Below, in pieces: positions 39,694 to 49,598 of a DNA stretch of 64,000 bases. This DNA comes from Candidatus Magasanikiibacteriota bacterium (GTDB taxonomy: Bacteria; Patescibacteriota; Patescibacteriia; Magasanikbacterales; GWA2-37-8). The DNA lies in contig JAUSEN010000009.1 of assembly GCA_030650025.1 (NCBI GenBank), positions 29,144 to 93,143 on the forward strand, given 5' to 3'. Every line of letters begins with the position of its first letter. The stretch's first letter is position 1. The position numbers were made by a program, and so were the translations under genes. The notes beneath the pieces are model-generated. The model saw only the letters and a program-made list of their open reading frames with translations. It was not told where the DNA came from and ran no database searches.

Positions 39694-40416
39694 ATGCAAT
39701 CCACTGTTGAACTTTTTCGTCATTTTATAAAATCACTTCCGCCTCTAGTGCCGGAGTCGCTATTCGCGCGCGCGAACCACGCCCTTGAGCATGTTGAGAA
39801 CGACCCCAGTGTTACCTTGCCCGAAGTGGAAGACACTATGATAGAATTTGGTTATGAGCTTTGGCCGTATATCCGGGCCTATCGAGAGTTTTTGTCGCTT
39901 TACGAGGCTAAGCTGGGCGAGCATTTTTTATTGCCGCGGCTTTCTCCGGCGCTAGCCGAGCGCTACCATAATTTTAAAGTTTGCGGCGGCACGCTTCGTG
40001 ATTTGCATAGTGGCAATGGAGCTCAATTTTTTTCCGACGAAGAAAGAGGCGAGCTGTGCGCCGCGCTGGTAGGCTTAACGGCCGACACCCGCCGTTATAC
40101 CGACCACCAGCTTAAGTCTGCCGATCGCCAAAAGTTTTTAGAGCGCGTGGCCGAGTTCAAAATTTTAATTTCTGACGTGGCTAATAGGCTAGGGAGCCTC
40201 CTGGCCCTGGCGGACAGCGAACAAGACCACCCTACCTTAGCCAGCGAAATTAGGCAGCGCGTGCGCGCTTTTGAGTATGGTCTCTGCTACTTAGGCCCCG
40301 CCCTCGATTACGCCGCTGTTTGCCAGGCTCCCGAGTTTTTTCATGGCCGCCGGCACGAACTGAATCGCTTGCGCGGCATTCACCAGCCGAGGGTGGCGAG
40401 TTTTAGCCAAAATTAG
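39694..40416 (+). CDS. Hypothetical helical protein
   Basis: 240-aa ORF with host-like composition. Confidence 0.7.
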   Translation: MQSTVELFRHFIKSLPPLVPESLFARANHALEHVENDPSVTLPEVEDTMIEFGYELWPYIRAYREFLSLYEAKLGEHFLLPRLSPALAERYHNFKVCGGTLRDLHSGNGAQFFSDEERGELCAALVGLTADTRRYTDHQLKSADRQKFLERVAEFKILISDVANRLGSLLALADSEQDHPTLASEIRQRVRAFEYGLCYLGPALDYAAVCQAPEFFHGRRHELNRLRGIHQPRVASFSQN

Positions 40417-40427
40417 CGGCCTTTATC

Positions 40428-40456
40428 TTGACAAAGGCTAATTTTTCTGCTATAGT
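40428..40456 (+). promoter_or_regulatory. sigma70 promoter upstream of arginine decarboxylase
   Basis: TTGACA-N17-TATAGT. Confidence 0.65.
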
Positions 40457-40630
40457 ATCTACGTTTTTTACAATTTTTCAAATCTGCCCCGTTGCCGCCC
40501 GTCGGCACGCTGGCTTTTATTCTTAACCTGCTAAGTCCTAACAATTCCCCTAAGTGAACCCGAGGATTTCTGCCGCCAAGGCAGAAGCCGAGGGTGAGCG
40601 ACAAGATAGTTGTAGGATGATAAAAGCGTC

Positions 40631-42022
40631 ATGGCCAATACCAAGAAAAATAATTTTAAGAAATTTTGGAAACTAGGAAAAAAAGAAAATAATACCCAGT
40701 ATTTTGACATCGATAAAAACGGCGATCTCATAATCTTCGAAGGCAATTATCAATACAATGTGCGGGAGCTAGCGGCGCGTTTTGGCACGCCGCTCAAAAT
40801 CATGTTGCCTTATATCATTGAACAGCGCGTCGAGGACATGATGGACCTGTTCGAGGATTGTATTCGCGAAAACAAATATCGCGGCCAGTTTTATTACCAC
40901 TACCCCATGAAAGTAAACCAAAGCCGCGAATTCGTCCTGCCCCTTATTTCCGAAGGCGCCAATTTGGAAACCACCTCGGCCAACGAACTTTGGGTGGTTA
41001 AGCGCATGTGGCAGCAGAACCGTTTTAACAGCCGCATTAAAGTGATTTGCAATGGTCCCAAAACCGAGCAATATGTTAGCTTAATCGCCGAACTTAAAGA
41101 CAACGGCCTCGATATTGTGCCGATTATTGAGGATTTAGAAGAAGCGGAAACACTTAAAGATTTTCGAGGGCAAGTAGGCGTGCGTTTTGACAACGATTTA
41201 AAAGTAGAGTCGCATTGGGACAAAAAGGTAGAGCGGTTTGGACTAAGTCTGGAAGAGCTCTATTCGCTCGGCAAAATCAAAAACCTCACCATGCTTCATT
41301 ACCACTTGGGCTGTGAAGTTAAGCGGGAGAAATATTTCGTGCAATCCCTTAAAAAGGCCATGGAGGTATATGTGCGCCTTAAAAAAATTAACCCTTCGCT
41401 CGACACCATTAATATGGGCGGCGGGTTTCGGGCTAATTACTATGTTGACCCGCGCGGTGGCTACACCTATTCCATGAATTCCGTGGTGCGGGCCATTATT
41501 AAATTTTTAAGCAAGTTTTGCGCTGAAAATAACATTCCCCACCCAAACATTATCAACGAATGGGGGTCCTACATTGCCGCCCCGGCGCAAATAACTGTTT
41601 ATTCGGTAATTTCCACCAAACGGCTCCCGCGTTCGGCCGCCAAACAGTGGTATATTATTGACGGCAGTCTGCAAACCCAGCTCCTCGACACTTGGGCGAT
41701 TCATAAACAATGGCATGTGGTGCCGGTAAACAACGCTCGAGCGCCGAAATTAACGCGCACCTGGCTGGCTGGCCTCTCTTGCGACGCGGATGATAAATAT
41801 ACTGCCGGCGGTGGGTATCTTCTTTTACCGCGCGTGGAGGATTTAGAAGAAAAGGAAAAACAGTATATTGCTTTTCTTGACACGGGTAATTATCAGGATG
41901 GTTTTACCAATCACCACTGCCTCAATGCCGCGCCCGCGAAAGTTATCTGCCAAAATGGCGATGTCAAATTAATCAAGAAGCGCGAAAGCCCGGAAGATAT
42001 TGGTAAATTATTTGGGTGGTAA
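40631..42022 (+). CDS. speA: PLP-dependent (fold III) arginine decarboxylase, short form
   Basis: YPMKVNQ PLP lysine, ICNGPK, HYHLG, NMGGG, SCDADD, TGNYQD. Confidence 0.75.
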   Translation: MANTKKNNFKKFWKLGKKENNTQYFDIDKNGDLIIFEGNYQYNVRELAARFGTPLKIMLPYIIEQRVEDMMDLFEDCIRENKYRGQFYYHYPMKVNQSREFVLPLISEGANLETTSANELWVVKRMWQQNRFNSRIKVICNGPKTEQYVSLIAELKDNGLDIVPIIEDLEEAETLKDFRGQVGVRFDNDLKVESHWDKKVERFGLSLEELYSLGKIKNLTMLHYHLGCEVKREKYFVQSLKKAMEVYVRLKKINPSLDTINMGGGFRANYYVDPRGGYTYSMNSVVRAIIKFLSKFCAENNIPHPNIINEWGSYIAAPAQITVYSVISTKRLPRSAAKQWYIIDGSLQTQLLDTWAIHKQWHVVPVNNARAPKLTRTWLAGLSCDADDKYTAGGGYLLLPRVEDLEEKEKQYIAFLDTGNYQDGFTNHHCLNAAPAKVICQNGDVKLIKKRESPEDIGKLFGW

Positions 42023-42045
42023 GATTCTAAATTAAAGAAAATCAC

Positions 42046-42126
42046 GTAGAGACGTTGCACTGCAACGTCTCTTTGCACTGCAACGTCTCTTTGCACTGCA
42101 ACGTCTCTTTGCACTGCAACGTCTCT
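42046..42126. repeat. GTAG REP with four tandem 18-bp units
   Basis: gtagagacg + (ttgcactgcaacgtctct)x4. Confidence 0.92.
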
Positions 42127-42135
42127 TTAAAAATT

Positions 42136-42780
42136 ATGATAGAAAAATTTAAAAATAAATATCGAATACCATCGGCACGTTTGCCTGATTGGGATTACAG
42201 CAATGCCGGTTTATATTTTGTAACAATTTGCACAAAAAATAGATTTTGTTATTTTGGCGATATTATTAAAAATAAGATGTGGTTATCTAAAATGGGTAAA
42301 ATTGCACAGCAATATTGGTCGGAAATTCCCAATCATTTTTCACATGTCTATCTGGATGAATATGTAATAATGCCTAATCATATTCACGGTATTATCAGAA
42401 TCACGGAAAACAATGTAAATCATAATCACGTAGAGACGTTGCACTGCAACGTCTCTTTGCACTGCAACGTCTCCGAAACAACATCGCCAAAAACGCCAGA
42501 GACGTTGCACTGCAACGTCTCTACGCAAACGATGATGCAGAAATCGCTAATGTCAAAAATTTCGCCTCGGACTGGTTCGCTAGGCACCATTATTCGTTCG
42601 TTTAAATCAATTTTTACCAGAACAATCAATCAAGACCCTACATTGCAATATTTTGGTTGGCAAGAACGCTACTACGAATCGATCATCCGCGATCAAAAAT
42701 CTCTGGAACACATTCGCGGATACATTCGTGATAATCCAAAGAATTGGGAAAAAGATGAATTATTCCCGCATATTAAATAA
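42136..42780 (+). mobile_element. REP-associated tyrosine transposase (RAYT, IS200/Y1 HUH)
   Basis: YFVTICT, MPNHIHGI, WQERYYESIIR, YIRDNP.NW; internal REP copies at 42430-42473 and 42498-42524. Confidence 0.92.
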
Positions 42781-42854
42781 ATATTTTTAAACAAAACATT
42801 CGGCCTTGCATTTTCTCGCTATTTTGTTAAAATAAGCTAGTATTTTGTAATTGC

Positions 42855-42923
42855 GCCGCGCTTCAAAGGTCGTTCGCGACATCGCGAGAGACACTGCGCG
42901 GCATGAATTTGTCAATTCATATG
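42855..42923 (+). repeat. Double-hairpin repeat ending in the DHS-like gene start codon
   Basis: gccgcgcttcaaagg...acactgcgcggcatgaatttgtcaattcatATG. Confidence 0.7.
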
Positions 42924-44030
42924 AATTCTAAACAACTCTCCAAACTTTCTCCCAAACTGCGCGGGCTGATTATTGCCGAGAATAGCGCTGGTTCCAAGCG
43001 CACGGGGGGCCTCGCGGCGCACATTGCCAAAGCGCGACGGCCGGTAACGCAGTTTGCCGAAGAGACTCTCAACCACCTCAATGCCGGCTCCACACTGCAG
43101 TCTGCGCTTTGGTTAAAAAAGCATTTAGATAATGGTGGTAAACTTGTAGTAACTTTAGCTGGGGCGCTAAGCAGTTTTGAAATCGGCGTGATGCTCGCGG
43201 ATTTAATTCGCGCTGGCAAAGTACATTTGGTTTCCGCGACCGGCGCTAACCACGAAGAATCGTATTATCGCTATGTGGCTTATTCGCACTACGCCTATAT
43301 CCCGCGCTATACAGAATTGACGCCGGAGCAAGAGGCCGAATTGCGCGACGCCGGCCTGCGCCGCATTACCGACACTTTTTTGCCAGAAGACGAGAGCGTG
43401 CGCCTTATGGAGCCGCATTTACTAAAGATGTGGAGAGAGGCCGAGAAAAAAGGGGAGAGTTATTACCCCCACGAATATTTTCGGAGACTGTTTAAAAAGA
43501 ATTTAATCAAGCCAGACAAGGGCGCTAACCAAGCCGATTGCTGGGCCTATGCCGCTTATCAAAAAAATATTCCCATCGTGATTCCGGGCTTTGAAGATTC
43601 AACAATGGGCAATATTTTTGCGAGTTATGTTTATAATGGCCCGCATAAGCCAACCGGGGACACGGTTTTGAGTGGTCGCGTTATGAAAACCGGTCTCGAC
43701 TATTTTGGCTTCATGTATGACTGGTATATGAAAGAATCCAAAAATACCCCCATCGCTTTTCTCCAGCTCGGTGGCGGCATCGCGGCCGACTTCCCAATTT
43801 GCGTAGTGCCTTCACTTAAACATGATCTAAAATTACATAATAAAGTCCGCGACTGGGCTGGGTTTATCGAAATTGGCTCTTCGCCCATGTCGTACGGTTC
43901 CTATTCCGGCGCCGGCGGCAAAGAAAAAATTACGTGGGACAAATTATCTACCAAAAGTTATTATCAAATTATCCAGAGCGATGTGACCGTGGTGTTTCCA
44001 TGGATGGCGGCGATTTTGCTTGGGTTGTAA
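42921..44030 (+). CDS. Deoxyhypusine synthase-like protein (probable homospermidine synthase)
   Basis: TLAGALSS, TGANHEE, DSTMGN, LGGG, GSYSGA...EKITWDK. Confidence 0.88.
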   Translation: MNSKQLSKLSPKLRGLIIAENSAGSKRTGGLAAHIAKARRPVTQFAEETLNHLNAGSTLQSALWLKKHLDNGGKLVVTLAGALSSFEIGVMLADLIRAGKVHLVSATGANHEESYYRYVAYSHYAYIPRYTELTPEQEAELRDAGLRRITDTFLPEDESVRLMEPHLLKMWREAEKKGESYYPHEYFRRLFKKNLIKPDKGANQADCWAYAAYQKNIPIVIPGFEDSTMGNIFASYVYNGPHKPTGDTVLSGRVMKTGLDYFGFMYDWYMKESKNTPIAFLQLGGGIAADFPICVVPSLKHDLKLHNKVRDWAGFIEIGSSPMSYGSYSGAGGKEKITWDKLSTKSYYQIIQSDVTVVFPWMAAILLGL

Positions 44031-44034
44031 TTTT

Positions 44035-45117
44035 ATGAAGAGAAACAAGCTTAACAAACAACAAAAAATCGCCAGCTACGACCCCGGCATGATTTATGCC
44101 GAGCATGGCTTGTTTGGTTTGCCGTTTACTAACGAGGAGTCCGATGTGGTTTTAATTCCGATGCCCTGGGAGGTAACCACGTCATATCGGGATGGCACTG
44201 CCCAAGGTCCAGAATTTATGACTAAGTCTTCATATCAAGTAGATCTCTATGACGAGGATATAAAAAATGCTTGGCACGCTGGCATTGCCATGGAGTCTAT
44301 TTCTAAATATTGGTTAAAGAAGAACAAAGAATTGCGCCCGCTGGCCGAGAAATGTATTGCAAATATCGAGAAGGGTGGCACGCCTCAAGATAAAAAAGTT
44401 ATTAAATTCTACGAAAAAATTAACGCCGCCAGCCACGAGCTAAATACCTGGATGAAAGCTGAATCCGCCCGGCTGTTAAATGCCGGTAAGTTGGTAGGGG
44501 TAGTGGGCGGTGAGCATAGCGTTCCGTATGGCCTTATGCAAGCTCTTGGCGAAAAATATAATAAATATTCTATTTTACACATCGACGCTCACGCCGATTA
44601 CCGCCAAGCGTACGAAGGGTTTGCCCACTCGCACGCCTCTATCCAATACAACGCGGGGTTACTGCCGTGTGTAGAAAATCAGGTTTTGTTGTCTATTCGA
44701 GATTATTCCGAAGAAGAGGCTGGTTATATTGCCAAATCAAGAGGCAAGATTATCGCTTTTTCCGACCGTATTTTAAAACGCAACAGCTATACCGGCACGA
44801 CTTGGCAAAAGCAGTGTGAACAAATTATTAAGCCCCTCGGTGAGAATGTTTATATTAGTTTTGATATTGACGCGCTGGATCCGAGCCTCTGCCCGCATAC
44901 CGGCACGCCCGTACCAGGGGGCCTGGAGTTTGAACAAGTTTTTTATCTTCTAGAGTCACTCCTCAAAGCCGGTAAAAAAATAATAGGCTTTGATCTGTGC
45001 GAAGTCGCTCCCGGCGCCGGAAGTAATGGCGAGTGGGACGCCATCGTCGGCGCCCGAGCGTTGTATCGGTTGAGCCTGCTTCTTGCCAAGTCGCATGGTA
45101 AAAAAGTAGGGCAGTAG
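44035..45117 (+). CDS. speB: Agmatinase (ureohydrolase)
   Basis: GGEHS, HIDAHAD, SFDIDALDP, TGTPVPGG. Confidence 0.85.
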   Translation: MKRNKLNKQQKIASYDPGMIYAEHGLFGLPFTNEESDVVLIPMPWEVTTSYRDGTAQGPEFMTKSSYQVDLYDEDIKNAWHAGIAMESISKYWLKKNKELRPLAEKCIANIEKGGTPQDKKVIKFYEKINAASHELNTWMKAESARLLNAGKLVGVVGGEHSVPYGLMQALGEKYNKYSILHIDAHADYRQAYEGFAHSHASIQYNAGLLPCVENQVLLSIRDYSEEEAGYIAKSRGKIIAFSDRILKRNSYTGTTWQKQCEQIIKPLGENVYISFDIDALDPSLCPHTGTPVPGGLEFEQVFYLLESLLKAGKKIIGFDLCEVAPGAGSNGEWDAIVGARALYRLSLLLAKSHGKKVGQ

Positions 45118-45133
45118 CTTTTTAGCTTTAGCT

Positions 45134-45667
45134 ATGCCCAAAAAAGTTCTCCTTATCATCGCCCACGAAGGTTTTCAGCCCATGGAATACAGCGCGCCGA
45201 AAAAAGTTTTGGCTGATGCCGGGGTAACGGTAGTAACCGCGAGCGACGCGTCCGGGATTGCAACGTCCGCCCACACTGGCGAGCGGGTTATGGTAGATTT
45301 GACGCTCCTCGAAGTCCGAGCGGTTGATTATGACGGTATTTTTTTTATCGGCGGCCAGGGAGCCTTGGATCATTTAGATAACGAAGATTCGTACCGAGTA
45401 GCGCGCGAGGCCGCCGCTTCCGGCAAACTCTGGGGCGCGATTTGCGTTTCACCCCGCATTCTGGCTAACGCCGGGGTGCTCAAAAACAAAATCGCCACTG
45501 GTTGGGATGGCGATAATGAGCTGGCCGGAATTTTAGCGGCCGCCGGCGCCACTTACCAGCGGGAATCAGTAGTCCAAGATGGTCAATTAATTACGGGGAG
45601 CGGCCCGGCCGCGGCCGAGGAATTTGGGAAAACAATTTTGGCGGTGTTGACTATGGTATTGGCTTGA
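45134..45667 (+). CDS. DJ-1/PfpI family protein
   Basis: EY, FIGGQG, GAICVSP, LITGSGP. Confidence 0.9.
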   Translation: MPKKVLLIIAHEGFQPMEYSAPKKVLADAGVTVVTASDASGIATSAHTGERVMVDLTLLEVRAVDYDGIFFIGGQGALDHLDNEDSYRVAREAAASGKLWGAICVSPRILANAGVLKNKIATGWDGDNELAGILAAAGATYQRESVVQDGQLITGSGPAAAEEFGKTILAVLTMVLA

Positions 45668-46457
45668 GCTGAACTGTTGGTTTGATTTTAATAGTTTTGA
45701 TAATCGCGTCCATTATTTTGGTATTTGTTTCCGCAAATATCTGCCGCGCGCGATTACAATCCGCGTCATCGGTCGCACACCCTTGGGTCGCGATTCCGTA
45801 GGTAAACTGGAAAGTAAACACATAATCATTTTGCTCGAGATTTATATAGTAATCGTGCGTTTGCCCTCCTTCCGCGTAGCCAGTAACGTATTCTTTACGT
45901 GGCCGTGTTAGGCCCGAAATAGTTACCGTATCAATTTTCGGCTTGACTATTTTTGAATCATCGCCAGCATAATCATCAACCACGACTTCAGTTCGATAAT
46001 CGTCTTTGGGTACAACCGTAACGGAAAGTTGTAATGGAAAAGGACTGCCCGGATCCCCGGCAAAAAATGGCCGCCCCATACTCAAATTAAAATATCCCGG
46101 CCGGGAATAGATCACTTCTTTTTTAATCTTCCATGACAAGGGGTGAAAAAAATAAAAAGAATAATTTTTAAGGCTGGTCCTGGAGGTGAACTTTGGCCAA
46201 GTGGCTGCTTGGTTCAATTCTGTCTGAAGAATAACCAGATCGTTCCCAGAACTATCCTGATAAAATTCGTTTGTAGTTTCCGGTATTAAAGAAACTGGCT
46301 TGAGAGCAGTACTCGTGGGCATTTGTGATTCAAGCGGTGGTGAGCTGGTAACAACCATTCGGATAGATTGTTTGGCAGAACAGCCAATGCCAGTTAGCAA
46401 AAGCAAAGCAATGCCTACCCAAGCAAGTCCATATTGCCTACGGGGTGGTAGATACAT
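45651..46457 (-). CDS. Putative lipoprotein
   Basis: LLLLTGIGC lipobox-like signal. Confidence 0.65.
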   Translation of the reverse strand: MYLPPRRQYGLAWVGIALLLLTGIGCSAKQSIRMVVTSSPPLESQMPTSTALKPVSLIPETTNEFYQDSSGNDLVILQTELNQAATWPKFTSRTSLKNYSFYFFHPLSWKIKKEVIYSRPGYFNLSMGRPFFAGDPGSPFPLQLSVTVVPKDDYRTEVVVDDYAGDDSKIVKPKIDTVTISGLTRPRKEYVTGYAEGGQTHDYYINLEQNDYVFTFQFTYGIATQGCATDDADCNRARQIFAETNTKIMDAIIKTIKIKPTVQLKPIP

Positions 46458-46495
46458 ACAATTATGGCAGGAAGTTTTTATACAGCTAACGAAGG

Positions 46496-47491
46496 TCAGT
46501 TAAGTTTTTCTGGTTTAACAGTTGGAAATCGCTCGATCATTTTTTCAATCTCGGTTTGATTTAACAACAGCCCCGCGTGCGGCCCGTGCGCCGAAATAAC
46601 CCCCGTGCTGTTCGCTGTTCCCCATTCTAGGGCGTGAGGCAGGTCATGCCGCGCCAGGCGCGCCGCGAGGTACCCGGCCGAGAAAGCGTCGCCCGCGCCG
46701 GTTTTGGACACTACCTTTACCGGGTAACTGCCAATTTGCCAAACCTCTTCTTTACTGCCCGCGAAGGCTCCGCGCGGGCCGTTTGTCAATATTACTTCTT
46801 TAGCGCCCAACAGAAGTAACGCTTCAATTAAGGCTTTTTCCGATTTTGCCGCGGCGAGACTCTGGCCGCTAATTTTTTCCGCCTCTTCTAAATTAACAAT
46901 TAAAATATCGGCGTGGCGGGCGGCTTCGCGCAAGTCCTCCCGCGCGTTTTTTAGCATGTATGACCCCGGGTTGACGGCCAAGCGCACGCTTTTGTGAGTG
47001 TCTAGAAAGGCTAGCAAATTTTTTTGAATGTTCTCAAAACCTTCAGATAATCCGCTATAAAATATCCACGAACATTCCGGAATCGGCTCGGGCCAGATAT
47101 AATTTTTCTTTTCCGCGTAAGATAAAATTGTGCGCTCCGCTTTGTAGTTTAAAACAATTGAGTAGCGCGTGTCGGCCCCGGCTTCTTTAGTTATTAAGCT
47201 CGTGTCGACTTTGAATTTTTTAAATAAGTCTATCACTAGCTGGCCATTAGAATCATCGCCGACGGTTGAGATAAAAGCGGTTTTGAGGCCAAGTCGACTT
47301 AAGGCCACAGTGGTGTTGGCGGCGTTACCCCCCAGTGTCTGGAAGCTGTCTGCAATTGATATTTTAGCGCCATACTCTAAACACAGCTGCTTTCTTCCGG
47401 CAATTTCCTTTAATTCTACCTCGTTGGTTTTATCGCCAATCTGAACGTGGGTATCAATAATCGGGTCGCCGATTCCAAGGACATCAAACAT
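46496..47491 (-). CDS. PfkB-family carbohydrate kinase
   Basis: GGNAAN, N..EA, TGAGDAF. Confidence 0.92.
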   Translation of the reverse strand: MFDVLGIGDPIIDTHVQIGDKTNEVELKEIAGRKQLCLEYGAKISIADSFQTLGGNAANTTVALSRLGLKTAFISTVGDDSNGQLVIDLFKKFKVDTSLITKEAGADTRYSIVLNYKAERTILSYAEKKNYIWPEPIPECSWIFYSGLSEGFENIQKNLLAFLDTHKSVRLAVNPGSYMLKNAREDLREAARHADILIVNLEEAEKISGQSLAAAKSEKALIEALLLLGAKEVILTNGPRGAFAGSKEEVWQIGSYPVKVVSKTGAGDAFSAGYLAARLARHDLPHALEWGTANSTGVISAHGPHAGLLLNQTEIEKMIERFPTVKPEKLN

Positions 47492-47537
47492 ATGATTTAT
47501 TCGAAATCATGCCGCGCAACGTCAGTTGAAGCGCGGC
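47489..47537 (-). repeat. Double-hairpin repeat supplying the upstream stop and the pfkB start
   Basis: gccgcgcttcaacTGAcgttgcgcggcatgatttcgaataaatcatATG on minus strand. Confidence 0.72.
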
Positions 47538-47869
47538 GACATCTTTCCGTCGTTATGTTCGTATTTTTCCGTATTAGCTACCGTATGGTGGTGCTTGCCG
47601 CGCCAAATTTGTATTAACTCGCGGCCCGCCACCAGAATCATGCCAACTGTGGCGAACATTATTACGTAATCCTGGCGCACTAGGGCGTATACAAACAGCG
47701 ACGCCGCCCCAACCACGAACACGGCATCCTGCCGCCGCTCGGCTTCGAGGAGGATGGCGTACATTAAGGCCAAGCCTCCCATGAATCCAATTACTATAAC
47801 CGCCAGGTTAACATAGCTAAAGTCCATTCCCGGCACCGAGTTTACAACGAAGTTAAGAAATTTATCCAT
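47522..47869 (-). CDS. Small 3-TM membrane protein
   Basis: Hydrophobic pattern; resembles its neighbour. Confidence 0.65.
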   Translation of the reverse strand: MDKFLNFVVNSVPGMDFSYVNLAVIVIGFMGGLALMYAILLEAERRQDAVFVVGAASLFVYALVRQDYVIMFATVGMILVAGRELIQIWRGKHHHTVANTEKYEHNDGKMSPRFN

Positions 47870-47914
47870 AGCAATTAAAATTTTAAAAATTAATTAGTTA
47901 ATTTAAATTTTATT

Positions 47915-48169
47915 TCACTTAAAAATCGCTATTAATTTCCCCCGCCAGCTTATTTTTTGATGCCAGTGGTACCAAGTAACCACAATGTACACGCTCTGCA
48001 AAATTATAAATATTAAGTCTTTTAGATAAACACTATAGATTAAGAGGAACAAACCGCCAAAAATAAACCAGCGGTCGCGCTTCTCGCTGGCGCGTATCAG
48101 CACCCCGCGGCTAATAGCGAGCAAGCCTAAAACTCCGCAAGTCTTAAAAATAATTGGTGTGAGTAACAT
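47915..48169 (-). CDS. Small 3-TM membrane protein
   Basis: G..GL..IS.GVL...RD..F..GG.FL..YS pattern. Confidence 0.65.
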   Translation of the reverse strand: MLLTPIIFKTCGVLGLLAISRGVLIRASEKRDRWFIFGGLFLLIYSVYLKDLIFIILQSVYIVVTWYHWHQKISWRGKLIAIFK

Positions 48170-48224
48170 GATATTGATTAAGTCTATAATATACCGTATT
48201 TATACTGTTTCGACAATAAAATTT

Positions 48225-49172
48225 TTAGGGTTTCCACGTATTCACATACCCAATCGCTTCGAGCGCGGCCACCACCCCGGTGCCCGCGGCAATCGCGATT
48301 TGTTTATGAGGAATATTGGTAACGTCGCCCGCCGCGAAGATGCCCGGGACGCTGGTATGGCAGAGCTGGTCAGTCACAATTTCGCCGAGCGAATTTTTTT
48401 TGAGCTTACTAGCGAATTGAGAATTAGGAATCATGCCAATATGAACCATGACGCCTTGCACGACAATAGTTTTATTTTCGCCCGCGGCGGTTTTATATTT
48501 TAACGCCTCTACTTTAGTGTCACCCACAATTTCGGTCGTATCCGCTTCGTAAATTATTTCGATATTATTTAACGCTTTTACTTTTTCAATCAAAATCGCG
48601 TCTCCCTTCGGGAAGCCGCCTTGGAATTCGGGCGTATTTTTAAATTTGGTTAAGAGGTATTCTTTTTCCGCGAGGCTACCCATCATAAGAGCGCTCTCGA
48701 GCGCCGAGTTTCCCGCGCCAATCGTGGCCGTGATCTTCTTTTTATAAAGCGGGCCATCGCAAACCGTGCAATACGTCACACCCTTGCGGTCGAGCTTGTC
48801 TTCTCCGGGCACGCCAAGGCGCTTGGGGTGGATGCCAGTGCCGATAATTACGGTTTTGGTTTCGAGCGCTACGGCTTCGCCGTTCGATTTTTCAGCGCGA
48901 ACTACGTGGTAATTTTTTGTGGGGACAATGTCCGTCACGCGCCAACCTTCTTCTATATTAACATCATAGCTTTTGGCGTGCTCGGCGAATTTTTGCGCCA
49001 AATCAAAGCCATCGATGCTGATGATGCCCGGCCAGTTATTGGTTTCGCCGCTCAAAGCCACTTCGCCGCCGATATTTTCGGTAATTAAGCGAAAATTTAA
49101 TTTGCGCCGCGCCGCGTAAATGGCCGCGCTACAGCCTACCGCCGCGCCGCCGATAATCACTAAATCCAGCAT
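48225..49172 (-). CDS. trxB: Thioredoxin reductase
   Basis: IIGG FAD motif, YCTVCDG, GAGNSALE, AAGDVT. Confidence 0.9.
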   Translation of the reverse strand: MLDLVIIGGAAVGCSAAIYAARRKLNFRLITENIGGEVALSGETNNWPGIISIDGFDLAQKFAEHAKSYDVNIEEGWRVTDIVPTKNYHVVRAEKSNGEAVALETKTVIIGTGIHPKRLGVPGEDKLDRKGVTYCTVCDGPLYKKKITATIGAGNSALESALMMGSLAEKEYLLTKFKNTPEFQGGFPKGDAILIEKVKALNNIEIIYEADTTEIVGDTKVEALKYKTAAGENKTIVVQGVMVHIGMIPNSQFASKLKKNSLGEIVTDQLCHTSVPGIFAAGDVTNIPHKQIAIAAGTGVVAALEAIGYVNTWKP

Positions 49173-49188
49173 ATGATTTATTCGAGAT

Positions 49189-49593
49189 TTAACTGATCTG
49201 TGATAAAATTTCTTCTAGGCCAAGCCTCTTGGTTTTAGAATAATCCCTCATTTCTTTAATTGTCAGTTGGAACATTTCCACGGCTCTTCTCCGGCCTTCT
49301 ATATCGGTCGCTTGAGCAAAATGTCCGGCTTGGACATCAGCGTCGCGCATTGAATCTGCCATAAAAGCATCAGATAAAATTTTTGTTTGGGTTGAATTGA
49401 TTTCATTTTTCGCATCTCTTTTATTAATGGCATCTCTTAAGGCGTTATGCCTATTGGCTAAAAACAATGGCGGCAGTTTTAAAGGATCATTCTTTACTGC
49501 TGAGGCTAAGCTATGTCCAAAATTAATTTCCGGTTCTTCTTGTTTCTTCTTGGCTTCCTTCCGGCCTCCTCCTTCCATTGCTCTTAATACCAT
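49189..49593 (-). CDS. Hypothetical protein
   Basis: 134-aa ORF inside the operon. Confidence 0.6.
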   Translation of the reverse strand: MVLRAMEGGGRKEAKKKQEEPEINFGHSLASAVKNDPLKLPPLFLANRHNALRDAINKRDAKNEINSTQTKILSDAFMADSMRDADVQAGHFAQATDIEGRRRAVEMFQLTIKEMRDYSKTKRLGLEEILSQIS

Positions 49594-49598
49594 ACAAT

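Noticed and set aside
42046-42126. CRISPR array
   Set aside because: 18-bp units are directly tandem with no spacers and no cas genes; they are REP-derived.
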